Shown here piece after piece: positions 1-12,600 of a DNA stretch of 64,000 nucleotides. This stretch comes from Takakia lepidozioides (lineage: Eukaryota > Plantae > Bryophyta). The translations under genes and the position numbers were made by a program. Within the stretch, counting starts at the first letter, position 1. Every line of letters starts with the position of its first letter. The stretch spans positions 1,860,001-1,924,000 of the forward strand of contig CM060731.1 of NCBI GenBank assembly GCA_030704615.1, read 5' to 3'. The notes below the pieces were generated by a model. The model was not told where the DNA came from, did no database searches, and saw nothing but the letters and a program-made list of their open reading frames with translations.

Positions 1-641
1 TCATTCCTACTATATCTGCAGCTATAACACACTTCCCTTTCAGCTAAGTGAGAATTATGTTACAGATTAGCTCCATCTTTTAATCCCTACAGAGGTCATT
101 ATTTTTCTTAGTGGTGTATGCTTAGAAGAAAGTTTTACTAACATGTAGATAGTATTAAGCAGGATTTTCTGGTAGAACCTGCCCCATGTGATGTGGATTT
201 CCCTGAAGCTTGTCAGACCCTGGCTCCTCAATGCTTTCTCTAGCACTGACTCAGACTGGTTTCCTCACCTCATCTGTTCACTTAGCTTGTCCTCTAAGTT
301 GTTGACTACTAACAGCTTCTTTGTTCAAAGGTTGATTAGCAGATGATCAGTGACCTATGGTGCAAGACCGATAAACAATCATTCAACTTTCTATTGGCAC
401 CTCAGCAAGGCTAAGATAAACTCCTGAGAACTCTTTGAGCAGACGACAAGCACATGTTTTCATGCATTTCCCTCCCAACTCGGGAAATTAAGGTTGCCTA
501 ATTTACATACTCACATTTCAAACTGTTTACAGTCTTCAGGGCTTCAACTTGATGGGTGACACACTAAAAGAGACAATCTAGTTGGACTCACGCGTGATGG
601 GGTTTCCTACTGATTGTTATGTTGGTTTGCCTCACAATCAG

Positions 642-3600
642 GTACTAGCAGTGATGACATTGGCAGAAAGCTGCATCTGGTATTGCGAAGTTAGAAGCGC
701 ATCAGATATTCCTGAATCTGTAATAAGCTTTCTGTGGTACTTTGCTTGGGAAGTGGTCACAAGTCCAGCTTCAAAAAATGAGGTAACTCAGAAAATTGCT
801 GAATGATGTTGTCCTCATTTTTTTCTTTGCCTGTGTGTGCTCCATTTTAAGTCTACTGGTCTTGTTTGGTGCATCATTATATTTCGTTAACTGCTCTTTC
901 TTGCTCCTTGCTTCTTGCTCCTTTACTGCAACAATTTTGCCACTGTTTGTTTATGACAGACAGGAGCAGAGATCCAAGTAGGAGCGTACGAGGCGTTGAC
1001 AGCAGTCTGTGGTGCATTGGCTGCAACAGTGTCGCCGCATGTGGTAGCTGCAGCAGCTACCCAGGTTGCGAATGGAGGTTCTTTATTTGAGCCATCAAGT
1101 GCATCCACAGTGGATGTGTTGGTTAGAGCTCTTCTTGTTAATGTGGCAGCTGTGTTAGAGCAAGGAGCACTTGCAAGGAGCCGTCGTGCTGTTCTTGCTC
1201 GCTATAAGGCAAGTCAATACATGTTTTGATGTTGCTTCACAGAGGTACTTTGAAACAAACACACTAGTTGATCTTGACAAACAATTGCAGAGGATAGCTG
1301 TTGAGAGTTGACCTCTTCTCTGAAGGAGAATTGGCCCTCAATCTCATCAACTGAAGGATTATTGACAAAGCAGTCATTTTGTAAGCAGAGAGCATATCAA
1401 ATACACAAGAGTTTCATCCTGTGTTCAAGAATAGGAGAAGAGGGCGTGAAAGGGAAAAAAGGCCTGAGGTGTTTGTACTCCTCACAAAAGTGTTTTGTGT
1501 TTCTTATTGTTGTCAGTGGGGCTGCTTGGACTACCTTCTCTCAATTCCGAAAAGCTCAGTTTTTACACCAAAGAAAGATCCAGGAGAGGCATCCACCGAA
1601 CCTGGCAGTTCTATTGGGGATTCCATGCTGGAGATTATATTTCAAGATGCCATTGACAGGTATATCTGTTTACCGGCTTTTTATTATGATCATACTTTAT
1701 GAATGCCAAGACTGGAGCTGCTGAAGGGGTTTCCCCCAGAAAACCTTGTGTTCAGATTACTTCCCAGAACCCTACATAGATGAAAATTTTCCGAAGGACT
1801 TATTTAACTAATGATGTGGCATCTTTGCAAAAGAGTGATGGCATTGTACCGCCATATGTGTAGTTTTAATGCTCCATCTGCAGAGGGCTGTTGGGACCTT
1901 CTTTGTCTCCTGACGATTCTGTTGAATGCTTGTTGGTATCTAATCAGTTTGCACAGTATTCTCATGAATTGTTCGTTTACAAAAGCTTGGAAAGTGCAGG
2001 CGAGGAGTACCTTGTGCCTCTCCTCCGCTCTATTCGCTGGCTTATGCACTGGGGTGTCTTACAACCCATGGACTCCTCAGATGATAACCAAGAGAAAAGA
2101 CTCCAGGTATAGTAGCTGTGGTGCTCCAGTGTGCCATGCATTTATATGCTTCTGTGTGTGTGTCTAGGTCTTTACACGTGCACGCACGCTTGTCAGTTGG
2201 GCTATGATTGTCCAGTTCTATCTGGGGCCTTGTGTTTTGCGCTTCTCATGTGGGCAAAGACAGTGTCTCTCATGGACCATTGCAGACTTCATTAGGCTTG
2301 CACCACATTATGAAGAACTGGAATTGTTGGGTTCATTGAATTGCTGTTTGGTCCTTATTAGATAGCATTAGAGATTGCCTAAGACTAGCATGGAATGCAA
2401 CAAGGTGGCTTCTCTTTGTTTAGGGGCAAGTGCTTGATAGCAAGCACGTATCCAGCCATGGAGCACAGCCCTCATGTGTCTTAGAGTTGTGTTGTGGACT
2501 CCAGTCATCGGTGGAGTCAACAAGATATTTCCCAGTTCTTGCTAGCGTGATTGACTGTACATAGCATTTACCACCAAAATCACTAATAGCTTCTGCCTTT
2601 TACTCTATTTGCTTGAGCACTGTCTATTACCAACCATTTTGGATGCCTTTTTTGTGGGCCCTTACGGAGGCTGGGCCAACACAAACAATCAATCTAGGTG
2701 TCTATATCCGAAGTAGGGAGCCGGTGACCCTTCCAAGTAATGAGTTGGAAAGGGAAGTTTGTGAACTGGGTATTGCCCCTGTGCTTACCTTTTAAAAACA
2801 TGTACCCCAAATAATGAGATATATGGTTGACTTTATTCCAAAGTGCACGTGGGAATTGAATGCAGATAATGTGGGCACTAGTGCAGTCTGGATGGGCAAC
2901 CATGGCTGATTGCAACAAGAGGAAAGTAGCTCCAACAGCAGCATTTCTATCTGCTATCCTACATCCTAAGGTCTTTGGTGATATGGAAATGCATGAAGCA
3001 GGAGACAATGACGATGATGGACCTCTGAAATGGGTGGGTGAGATAACAAGCTGTCAAAACTACTTAGTAAATTACATTATTGAAGTGATACTTATCATCA
3101 CCACACACTCCAGGGAGGTTGGTCTGGGGTTAACAGTATTTTTAGGCCGTCTTATGATCAAGTGCAATTTCTTTGATATGGAGTCTGCCATGTCTAGTAG
3201 TCTACTTTGTCCAAGTCCTATTTTCACCTGGTTGACTTTTTCTGGAAGCTGTCTGCAACCTGAGTTTTTGGGGTGACAAGGCTGGGAACACAGCTATTGT
3301 GTAGGTTGATTGATCAGGGATCGCGAAGTCCACGGACCATGCGCTTGACCGCGCTGCATGTGACAGGCCTATGGCTTCAGTTTCCAGCTACCACAAGCTG
3401 CTACATTGAACAGTTGAAGCTGCTTTCTCTGCATGGAGGAGGTAACGGATAGAATTTTGCATGCATATGCAGCAGCCTTTCTTTTCATCTACAAAATTAT
3501 GTTAATCTTTATGGTCTGCAATAAGCTGATGTGCATGGTAACTTGTGGAACAGAGATGGTGGATGAGGAGTTGGATGGCGAGTTGGTGGAAAGTCAAGTA

Positions 3601-6600
3601 GCTGCTCGCGAGTATTTGACACTTATCCAGAGCTCTGATCCTGAGCTTAACCAGGTTTGCTTATGTCCAATATTCTGACAAAAACATACATAATTCACTG
3701 ATCAAGAGTAACTGGCCACATTCCTGGATGATATCTATAACTATCTGAAGATTATAAAGGGAACTTGCCCAGAGACAGCTGTAGGGCAACCTCAGTTCCA
3801 TTACCCTGTTTGTGTAATCAGCCATTCCAAGGTCAAGTTGACTGGGGTTTGAGATTTATTGATATGTGTATTGTTATCTTGGAATGGACCAATGGTGCGC
3901 CTATACCCTAAGCAAGAAATAATATGTATTTCTCTCGCAGACTTTCACAAACTCAGAGATGTATGTGCGCATCACAGTGGCTATCATGATACACCAGCTT
4001 TGGCAAGTAGTTGAAGATGCGCAGCGTTCTCAAGATGTTCACAAGTTGGTAGCTGCCAAGCCAGCCGCCGAATGTGGTCGCAAGCTTCTACTAGAACTGC
4101 TAACTGCTGTGGTTAGATTTCCCAATTGGTGGACATTCATTTGGAGAAGTCTGTTCTTTTCAGTTACTCGCTGTTTCTTTTGCGATACATTTTACCAAAC
4201 GTGTAAAGTTGTTTTGTTATTCTGAAGCAAGATAAGTGCTCTTCAAAGAAACAGAACTAAACAGAGTGAATGTCCATCCATGGCAGGTGGAGGACCCAGA
4301 TTTGTCAAAAGAGCTCTACAAGAAGAAAAGTGCGGTAAGCTATTACATTGATTCTGTTAATTGGTCTCGCTTTGGTGGTTTTGGACAGACAAGTATGTTC
4401 ATCCACTTTCCCTACAACATGCAAGAGGGGAAGAAGTTTCTTTATGTCACAGGAGGCCCAGAGAGGCCCATTGGAAAAGACTAAAATTGCAAAGAAAAAG
4501 GAAGAAATTTATGAAGCCCGCAACTATAAAGGAACATCAAGAAACACAAGATGTCGCCTCAAGATGAAGTGCATCTATGCAGGTAAGCTGCAAGAGATTT
4601 CTGGTCCTCAAAGCTCAAGGCAAAGGTTGGGAGATACACAGATACTTGTTTTTGTGCTAATAACTTCTGCTAGAGTTCCTTTCCTTTCTGATCCAAAAAA
4701 GCAAATGTGGTGTTGCTAAGCAAGAAGAGCTGATGCAAAAGCCTGCGCTATGCAGATTCATAGACGAAAAGTGAGGGCCTGGCAAATGCTGTGCATACTG
4801 TGCCAATTTGTAAGTAATGACGAGGTTGAACAAGTCAGCTCGCAGCTGGAAGTCTGTCTCTACGTGAGTACAATGGCAATGTCCTGACCATCAATAGTGA
4901 ATGATTTGCATATGCTGTCTTTCACTGCATAGGTTGCTAGAAAGTCTTTCACTTTCACTTTCACTTTCACTTCTGGATTTAGCGGCCAGACGCTTACTCT
5001 GCCGTGTTAATTCTAACACAACACTCTTGCCATCTACAAAATCAAGGGGTCTATGCTTGACCAAAGGCTTGAATGCATCTTCTGATCAGTATTGTTAGGA
5101 TTGTTTGCAATAGAATCTGCAGAGTCTGGGATGGATATCTTCGTGTGTTCTTGTGGCTAAAGGTAGACTAAAGCAGACATGATCATCTGTGCTTGGCAGC
5201 GTAATAACATGCCATCTGTGCGGCAATACATGGAAACATTTGCTGTTCAGATTTATCTGCGCTTCCCTTACCTGGTGAGCATGAAATTATCTTGTTTACG
5301 ACCTTAAGGTTCATCCTTAATTTGAGCTCTCTGGAGCCCTGGTGTATGGGTTCTGCCACATGTGAGGTTCAATTGTAGGCCAGAATGAAATGTCTATGAG
5401 GTTGGCCACTTTTCTAAGCAGTGGGTAGCACGGAAGAGTTTCTCAAACGCCAGGCTGCCCGTTTGGGCATCCCATAATATGTTAGGTTTTAAAGTGAGTG
5501 CCAAATACTTTTTCTTTCTTCCTATTCTGGTGATAACCTTTGGTCTATTTCCACTAAAAGTACTTAAAGCTCTTGGCTTGTTGCATGCACATCTCTCAGG
5601 CACTGCCCTTACCATTGGCTGAATGCATGGCACAGGTTGGAAAGTATTTGATTCCTGTTCTCCAAGACTACAACATGAAGACACAGGTTGAGTATGCTTT
5701 AGCAGCCTGCATCTCTAGAACTGTGGATGCAATCAGTAGAAAGTACTTATCTGTCTCACCATTGTGACATATGCCACGTGTCAGTGCATCGATGGCAAAG
5801 ACCTTGAGAGCTAGGTTGGGTTGATTGCGAGCCAGTCTGAGTTGTGCCCATATTCTGACAGCAGAGTCAAATGGAAGTTCTACTTGACGTAATTTGCTTG
5901 TGACGCACAGGATTGCATATCATTCCGCATCCTGGGCTGCTTCCTATCCCTCATACTCTGTTGATGTCCTCTTTGTTAGTTATCCACAGTGTTTGCAAGC
6001 AAAACCACTGGCTGTCTTCAATTTGAGATGTGAGCTTGGATGCAGTGGTGGTAGGAAAGAGATGCAGAATCAGAGGATGTGAGTCAATCAACAAGATGTG
6101 AGTCTTGTTGCATCTTCTATTAATTGATTATCCTGAAATCACAGTCATTTTTTGCTGTAAACTTGGGCCCAGGCACTGTCATCCTATGTGTTGATTGCAA
6201 CCAATGTGTTGATGAACACATCTCCAGCAAGTTTGCAAGAGAGTTTACTTCGACAAGTTCTTCCCGCAATCTTGCCTTTCATGACAACCCACCATCATAA
6301 CCTACGTAGTTTTACCCAGGTATGTGACCTTTGCTGTATGAACACTGGTGTTGATAGATGCACTTGCTGGAATGAGTGATAACAGTCCAAAAGGCATACC
6401 ATTCTGTTGGATGTCAGGTTACAATTAATCATCTTATGAGTCATCTTGCCTCCAATCTTTCATTTACAATAGATCAAGAGCAAAAGGAGTCCACTGAACA
6501 TAAACCGCTTCTTTTTGGGAAGGGGTCAACTGATCAGCCAGTGCTAAATCGTTTCATGCAGTCTTGATGGAGAAATTTTTAGGCAGAAGCATCTTGAAGT

Positions 6601-9600
6601 GCTACCTCACGATGAAACCCCTAGACTGTTATAACCACTCTAACCTATTCACGCCACTTTTAGAAGATCAGGGATGTTGTTCAATGGCAGGGTGCTATCT
6701 CAAGTGGTTTCTCTATTACTCATCTATCACCATGGTGGTAATGACAAGAGATTCTGGTTGGCCCTTCAATGTCTGTACAAGCCGAAAAATTGTCAGCAAG
6801 TACAAGTGCTGAGGACTACTAAGGGTGCGGTGGTGACTTCAACAGTTGACATTGTCAAACCCTTTGAGACTCACTACAGTATCCTTGGCAGAAATTCTAG
6901 GTCTAACAGTGAGGGCTTTTCTGAAGACACAATTGGAAAAACTGTTCCTATGATTCAAGACAGCCCTTATGAACTGGAGTATATTTCAAAGGGTTACAAC
7001 GCTCCCATTAGTTCTTCTGAGATTGTGGAAGCATTTGAGCATTTAAACGGATAGAAAGCTGGTGGACCTAATGGCATAGTCAACGAGCTTATCAAGCACG
7101 GTGGCGAACCCATGATAGAGGCCCTTGTACTTCTCTTTTAACCTATCTGGAGGACTGAAATGATCCCCTTTCGCTGGCGACAGGGGGTCATTGTCAATCT
7201 ACACAAGAAAGGTGACAGAGAAGAGCCGGGGAACTATCGAGGCCTCACGCTTCTCAATGCTGTTGGCAAGATATTTTGCAGAGTTATAAGTACTCGTCTC
7301 GAGGTTGATCTGGAGTCTAGAGGTTGTTTCCATGAAGGACAAGATGGCTTTCAGAGAAACAGGGGCTGATCATATCTTCACTCTAAGCCAGATTATGCAG
7401 GGAAGGAAAAAAGAATGGAAACCCACTTTTGTCTTTTTCTTGGATGTCAAAAAGGCTTATGACACAGTGTGGAGAGATGATCTATGGCTCCGACTCTGGT
7501 CATCTGGGATCAAGGGAAAGTTGTGGAGAGTGGTCCATATTTGTATGCTCACACCAAAAGCTGGGTCCCTGTTAATGGACAGAAGTCTAACTTCTTTGAC
7601 ATAGACCAAGGTGTAGCCCAAGGATGTACCCTCTCCCCTCTGCTCTTCAATGTTTTCATCAATCAGCTCCTTGAGGATGTGGGAAGTGAGGGATTTGGGT
7701 TAAGGATGGGTGATGCCACCATACCAGCCCTTATGCTTGTGGAGGACTTCGCAGGCATAGGGAGACTCTATCCAATCTTCACGAGTTGATTGATTGCGCG
7801 AAGAGATACTTTGACCTTCGGGGGCTAATGTCAGTAAATGCGCAGTGGTGGCATTCAACAACGAAGGGGAGGGAGGAGGTGATCTCAAGTGGCAGTGGGG
7901 AAGCCAAGAGATTCCTGTCCTCCCTTCCTACACATACCTTGGCATTGAGTTTTCCTCCAACTGTAATTGGGATGCACATATTCAAAGAGTTGTTCAGTCT
8001 GGCGAGCCCAAAGCATTGGGTCTCACTAAATTTTTCCACTGCAGAGAGAATCAACTCTGAAGTGAGAAAAATCATGCTTTGCCGCGTTATGAGGCCTGCC
8101 TTGGAGTACGTATCTGCAGTGTGGGTTGATAACTCCAACCAGGCTAAGTCTCTAGAGTCCATTTATGTGGCGGTGCTCAAGGAGTGCATGTCGGCATGCT
8201 CCAAAACAGCTAATGTGGCAGTTCGGGGTGAGTTTGGCATCCCTCCCTCTAAGCTCCCGACAAGATGAATTCAAGGTCAGATGGTGGGGTCAGCTGCAAC
8301 GTATGACCAATATCAGATATCCAAAGTTAATCGACTCTATATCTTGGAAGCGGGATCGCCCTGTCAAACAGGCTTAGTCCTGGCAGAAGAGGCTAGAAGA
8401 GATTCTCAAGGATCTGAATCTAAGTCTGCAAGTCTTGACTCTGCTGGATAAATCTGACCTAGGGGCTGTAGTGTCCAAAGCCATGTCTGTTGCCAGGAAA
8501 TTGTCTGATGAAAATGAAGTTAGGCAGAAAACTTCCCTGAACTTGTTTCCAGTCTGTGACATGGGGGAGGCCATCATGGAGGACCTCAAGGATTTACCCA
8601 CTCTCAGCACTAGACTGAAATTTAAACTCAGGGCGGGAAGCCTGGGCGCTGTTTACCAACTTCGAAATCGCAAGGCTGAGCCAAAAGCCAAGTCCCTTTT
8701 GGGGCCTAGTTATTGGGCAAATCACACACAGCAGATTGATGCTTGTGTAAAGGGATTTCTAGAGGATATCTGGAAAAGTCAGATCAATTGTCTGTTCCAA
8801 GGTAAGTCATACTACTGGCGTCAGCCCCTGACAAAGGTAGTTTCTGTCCCTTTGCGTTCCACTCAAACTGGGCACGGGGTCAATGGCCACAAGGCTAAGA
8901 CAAACAACGTCTTATGAGTACATTCTATTACTCCACTGCAGAGGGGTCAACTCTGAGGTTAAGAAAACCATGCTTTGTCGTGTTATTAGACCTGCCTTGG
9001 AGTACGGATCTGCTATATGGGCTCTAGAATCCATTCAAGTGGGGGTGCTCAAGGAGTGTATGTCAGCATGCTCCAAAACAGCCAATGTGGCTGTTCGGGG
9101 TGAGTTTGGCATTCCGTCCTTAAGCTCCCGACGAGATGAATTCAAGGTCAGATGGTGGGGTCAGCTGCAACATATGCCCAACACCAGATATCCTAAGTTA
9201 ATCGACTCTATATCTTGGAAACAGGACCGCCCTGTCAAACAGGCTAAGTCCTGGCAGAAGAGAGTAGAAGAGATCCTCAAGGACCTGGACCTGGATCCGC
9301 AAGTCTTGACCCTGCTGGATAAATCTGACTTAGAGGCCGTAGTGTCCTCAGCCATGTCTGTTGCCATGAGATTGTCTGATGAAAATGAAGTTAGGCAGAA
9401 AACTTCCCTGAACTTGTTTCCAGTCTGTGACATGGGGGAGGACACCTCAAGGGTCTACCCACACTCGGCACTAGACTGAAATTTAAACTCAGGGCAGGAA
9501 GCCTACCTTTGAACAGCAAACAGAAGCAGAGAGGAAAGGGAGAGTGCAATTGCCCGTTGTGTGGGCAATCTGAAGACAGTATTCATTTTCTGATACACTG

Positions 9601-12600
9601 TCCGGGGTTCTCTCACCAAAGAGACGCTCTCTTCAAATCTATTAAGGGAATTGTGCCTGTACCCCTGTTTACCAACTTTGAAAGTCTCGAGGCTGAGCCA
9701 AAAGCCCAGGCCCTCCTGAGGCCTAGTTTTTGGGCAAATCACACACAGCAGATTGATGCTTGTGTGAAGGGATTTCTAGAGGATATCTGGAAAACCCGGA
9801 TTAATTCTTTATATGGAGGTAAGTCTTACTACCAACGTCAGCCCCTGACAGAGGTAGGTTCTGTCCCTTTTGTTCCCGCTCAAACTGGGGCGCGGGGTCA
9901 ATGGCCACAAGGCTACGGCAAACAACGTCTTATGAGTACAATCTAGTACTCCTTTGCCCGTTGTGTGGGCAATCTGAAGACAGTATTCATTTTCTGATAC
10001 ACTGTCCGGGGTTCCCTCACCAAAGAGACGCTCTCTTCAAATCTATCAAGGGAATTGTGCCTGTACCTCTGTTTACCAACTCTGAAAGTCTCAAGGCTGA
10101 GCCAAAAGCCCAGGCCCTCCTGAGGCCTAGTTATTGGGCAAATCACACACAGCAGATTGATGCTTGTGTGAAGGGATTTCTAGAGGATATCTGGAAAACC
10201 CGGATTAATTCTATATATGAAGGTAAGTCTTACTACCAACGTCAGCCCCTGACAGAGTTAGGTTCTGTCCCTTTTGTTTCCGCTCAAACTGGGCGTGGGG
10301 TCAATGGCCACAAGGCTACGGCAAACAACGTCTTATGAGTACAATCTATTACTCCTTTGTTTTTTGTTTCTTTTCCAGACATGTTCTCTTTTAGAAGCTC
10401 AACTGAGGTCTTCGTGTGTTGGGTGAAGGTACTCCTTTATCGAATCTTGCAACGGTTCTTGACCACAGATGGAGCAGGCTCTTCTTCTAATTCTACAAGT
10501 ATTGTGCATCCTAGTGAGGCGAGCTCCTCATTGGACAGGAAGTGTTTGCATTCGCTTGCAGCATATTTGGAGGGAAATGCTGACTGCACAAGGTGGGGTC
10601 TTTTCCCTTTTTGAGTTCATAGAGAAGATCTAACACGAGGGCTGTAACTTTAACTCTTTTTCTTTTGAGGTTATTTTATGTGGGGTGATGATAGGGTAGT
10701 GCAGCTGCAAGAAGGTTCGAACAATCATTTCCACAATGTGTAAGCACTTGAGAATCAGTGAGGTAGATTGCCTGTTTCTTCTGTCCTTTTCTTCCTTAAT
10801 TCCCCAAGCCATACTTTCTGTTTCATTGTCTCATGGTTGTTCTGCACTGCTGGGTGGACAGGATGAGAAACTCAGTGGAAAAGTACTTGGATATGTTTGA
10901 TCCTCTTTCTACTACGACACCTCGAGGCATCTTTTGCAGCCGCGAGGGTGAGGTTGATCCCAATAGGGTGAGATTGCAGCCTTCCTACTGTCCCACTAAC
11001 ATAAGATCTGATCAGCGACAAATACAAGTCTTCCCCTGAAGGTAAACTGGCAGTATGTCGTAAATCGTGAGGTCTTGTAAAGGGTCTTCATTGCATCTGT
11101 CTACGAGTATCAAGCATGAAACTCTTCTTTATGGACATACAATGTTTTTCAGTGTTTCTCAGTGATGTGTTGTGTCATAACCCAGACGGTGGATGATCTC
11201 CCTTTCGAATGCGCTCCGGTTGCAGTTCTCGACCAAATTTCCCATTTTCTCAATGTAAGCCATTTTCACTGACGCCCTTGAAACTTCAACATGCATAGAC
11301 CTGGTTACTCTCCCATGGCTGAAGTGAAGGCATAATTTCTTGATATTACAATAAAATAGGTTCAAGCTCACTTTCCTCAGTGCTGAGAGCTGGAAAGAAT
11401 GTATGGTCGTATCATTTGCACCCCTTCAGAAGGAAGTGAACTCAGTGATCATGTGTAACTTATGTGTTCGACCAGAGTTTATTTGTGGCTTCCACAAAAG
11501 ATTCCATGGATGTGAAATAAAAAAATACCTCATCGATTCTTTGACTCTTTATTTGGCAGGAGGCAAGAGAGGGCTTGCGAGAGGCAATGGCTGCAGATGC
11601 TATTGCACTGAACGCTGAACAGTTTGGAGACGTCTCCATCTCTGGACAGTGTGGGCCAGTGGGAAAAGGGATGTACAGCACCAGAGAATCAAAGCAAAGG
11701 GACTCTGACTCTGAATTCTCAACACCCACTGAGATCCCTCAGATGATAGAGTTGTCAACAAAAGACTGTCCTGAGTCTGTGGGTTCACCTCTGACAGTGT
11801 CAGGCGGTACTTGGGACTTCCAGAAGAAGATAGCATCCTTGCGGTTCAATGGGAGTTCTCTGAGTCCAGGACAGAGATGCCAGGAGAGCAGCACGATATG
11901 CAGGGACTTCAAAAGCATCAACAATGCCAACCTAGGTTTGTGTTCCTGCTTGGAATGCCATTTGCAGCAAAACTTTTAGGTACTATTACTGAAATTGCAG
12001 TCGGTTTCATTTCCATCGCAGCAATAGATGCAGAAGAGGATTTGCTATTAGCAAGCATGGACTCAAGGGTGAAGGAGCTGGTCCGGATGCGAGGGGGTCG
12101 GCAGGAGCTCATTGTTGTGGCATCACTCCTCAGTCGCATTCCTAATCTAGCAGGCCTTGCACGTACTTGTGAGGTCAGCCTTTGGCCTCATTACCCAGAT
12201 CAAATGTGTATAATTGGATTTGCTTCCCTACAGGTTTTGGACATTTTGGTGCTATAAGAAAACTTTTGAATTGTTCCCAAGGGAGCTTGAGGGCCCATGG
12301 GACGAAGTAGAACAACGCTATACCCGTCCATATCTTGTGCAGGCATTAGAGCATTGAGAGCCCTATTTTGAGAGGTAACTCTGACAATGCAGAAATAGAT
12401 CATAATTCTTGCCGGTACTGCAGCCATTAAACAAACACCTAATTATGGGCTGAAACAGATTGTTTTCAAAATGAAACCTAGCAAGGCAGGTTTCGGCAGT
12501 GGCCTCCTCCAGTCATGAATGACAGCTTTGGACAATCTGTTTTGATGTGAGGGTTGGGCAGTTCAGCCTCAGTCCTTGATGGGTTCTGAAGAAAGAAATA

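Noticed and set aside
4946-4972. (TTTCAC)n run and the associated ORF 4901-5098
   Set aside because: Intronic simple repeat; the ORF is spurious.
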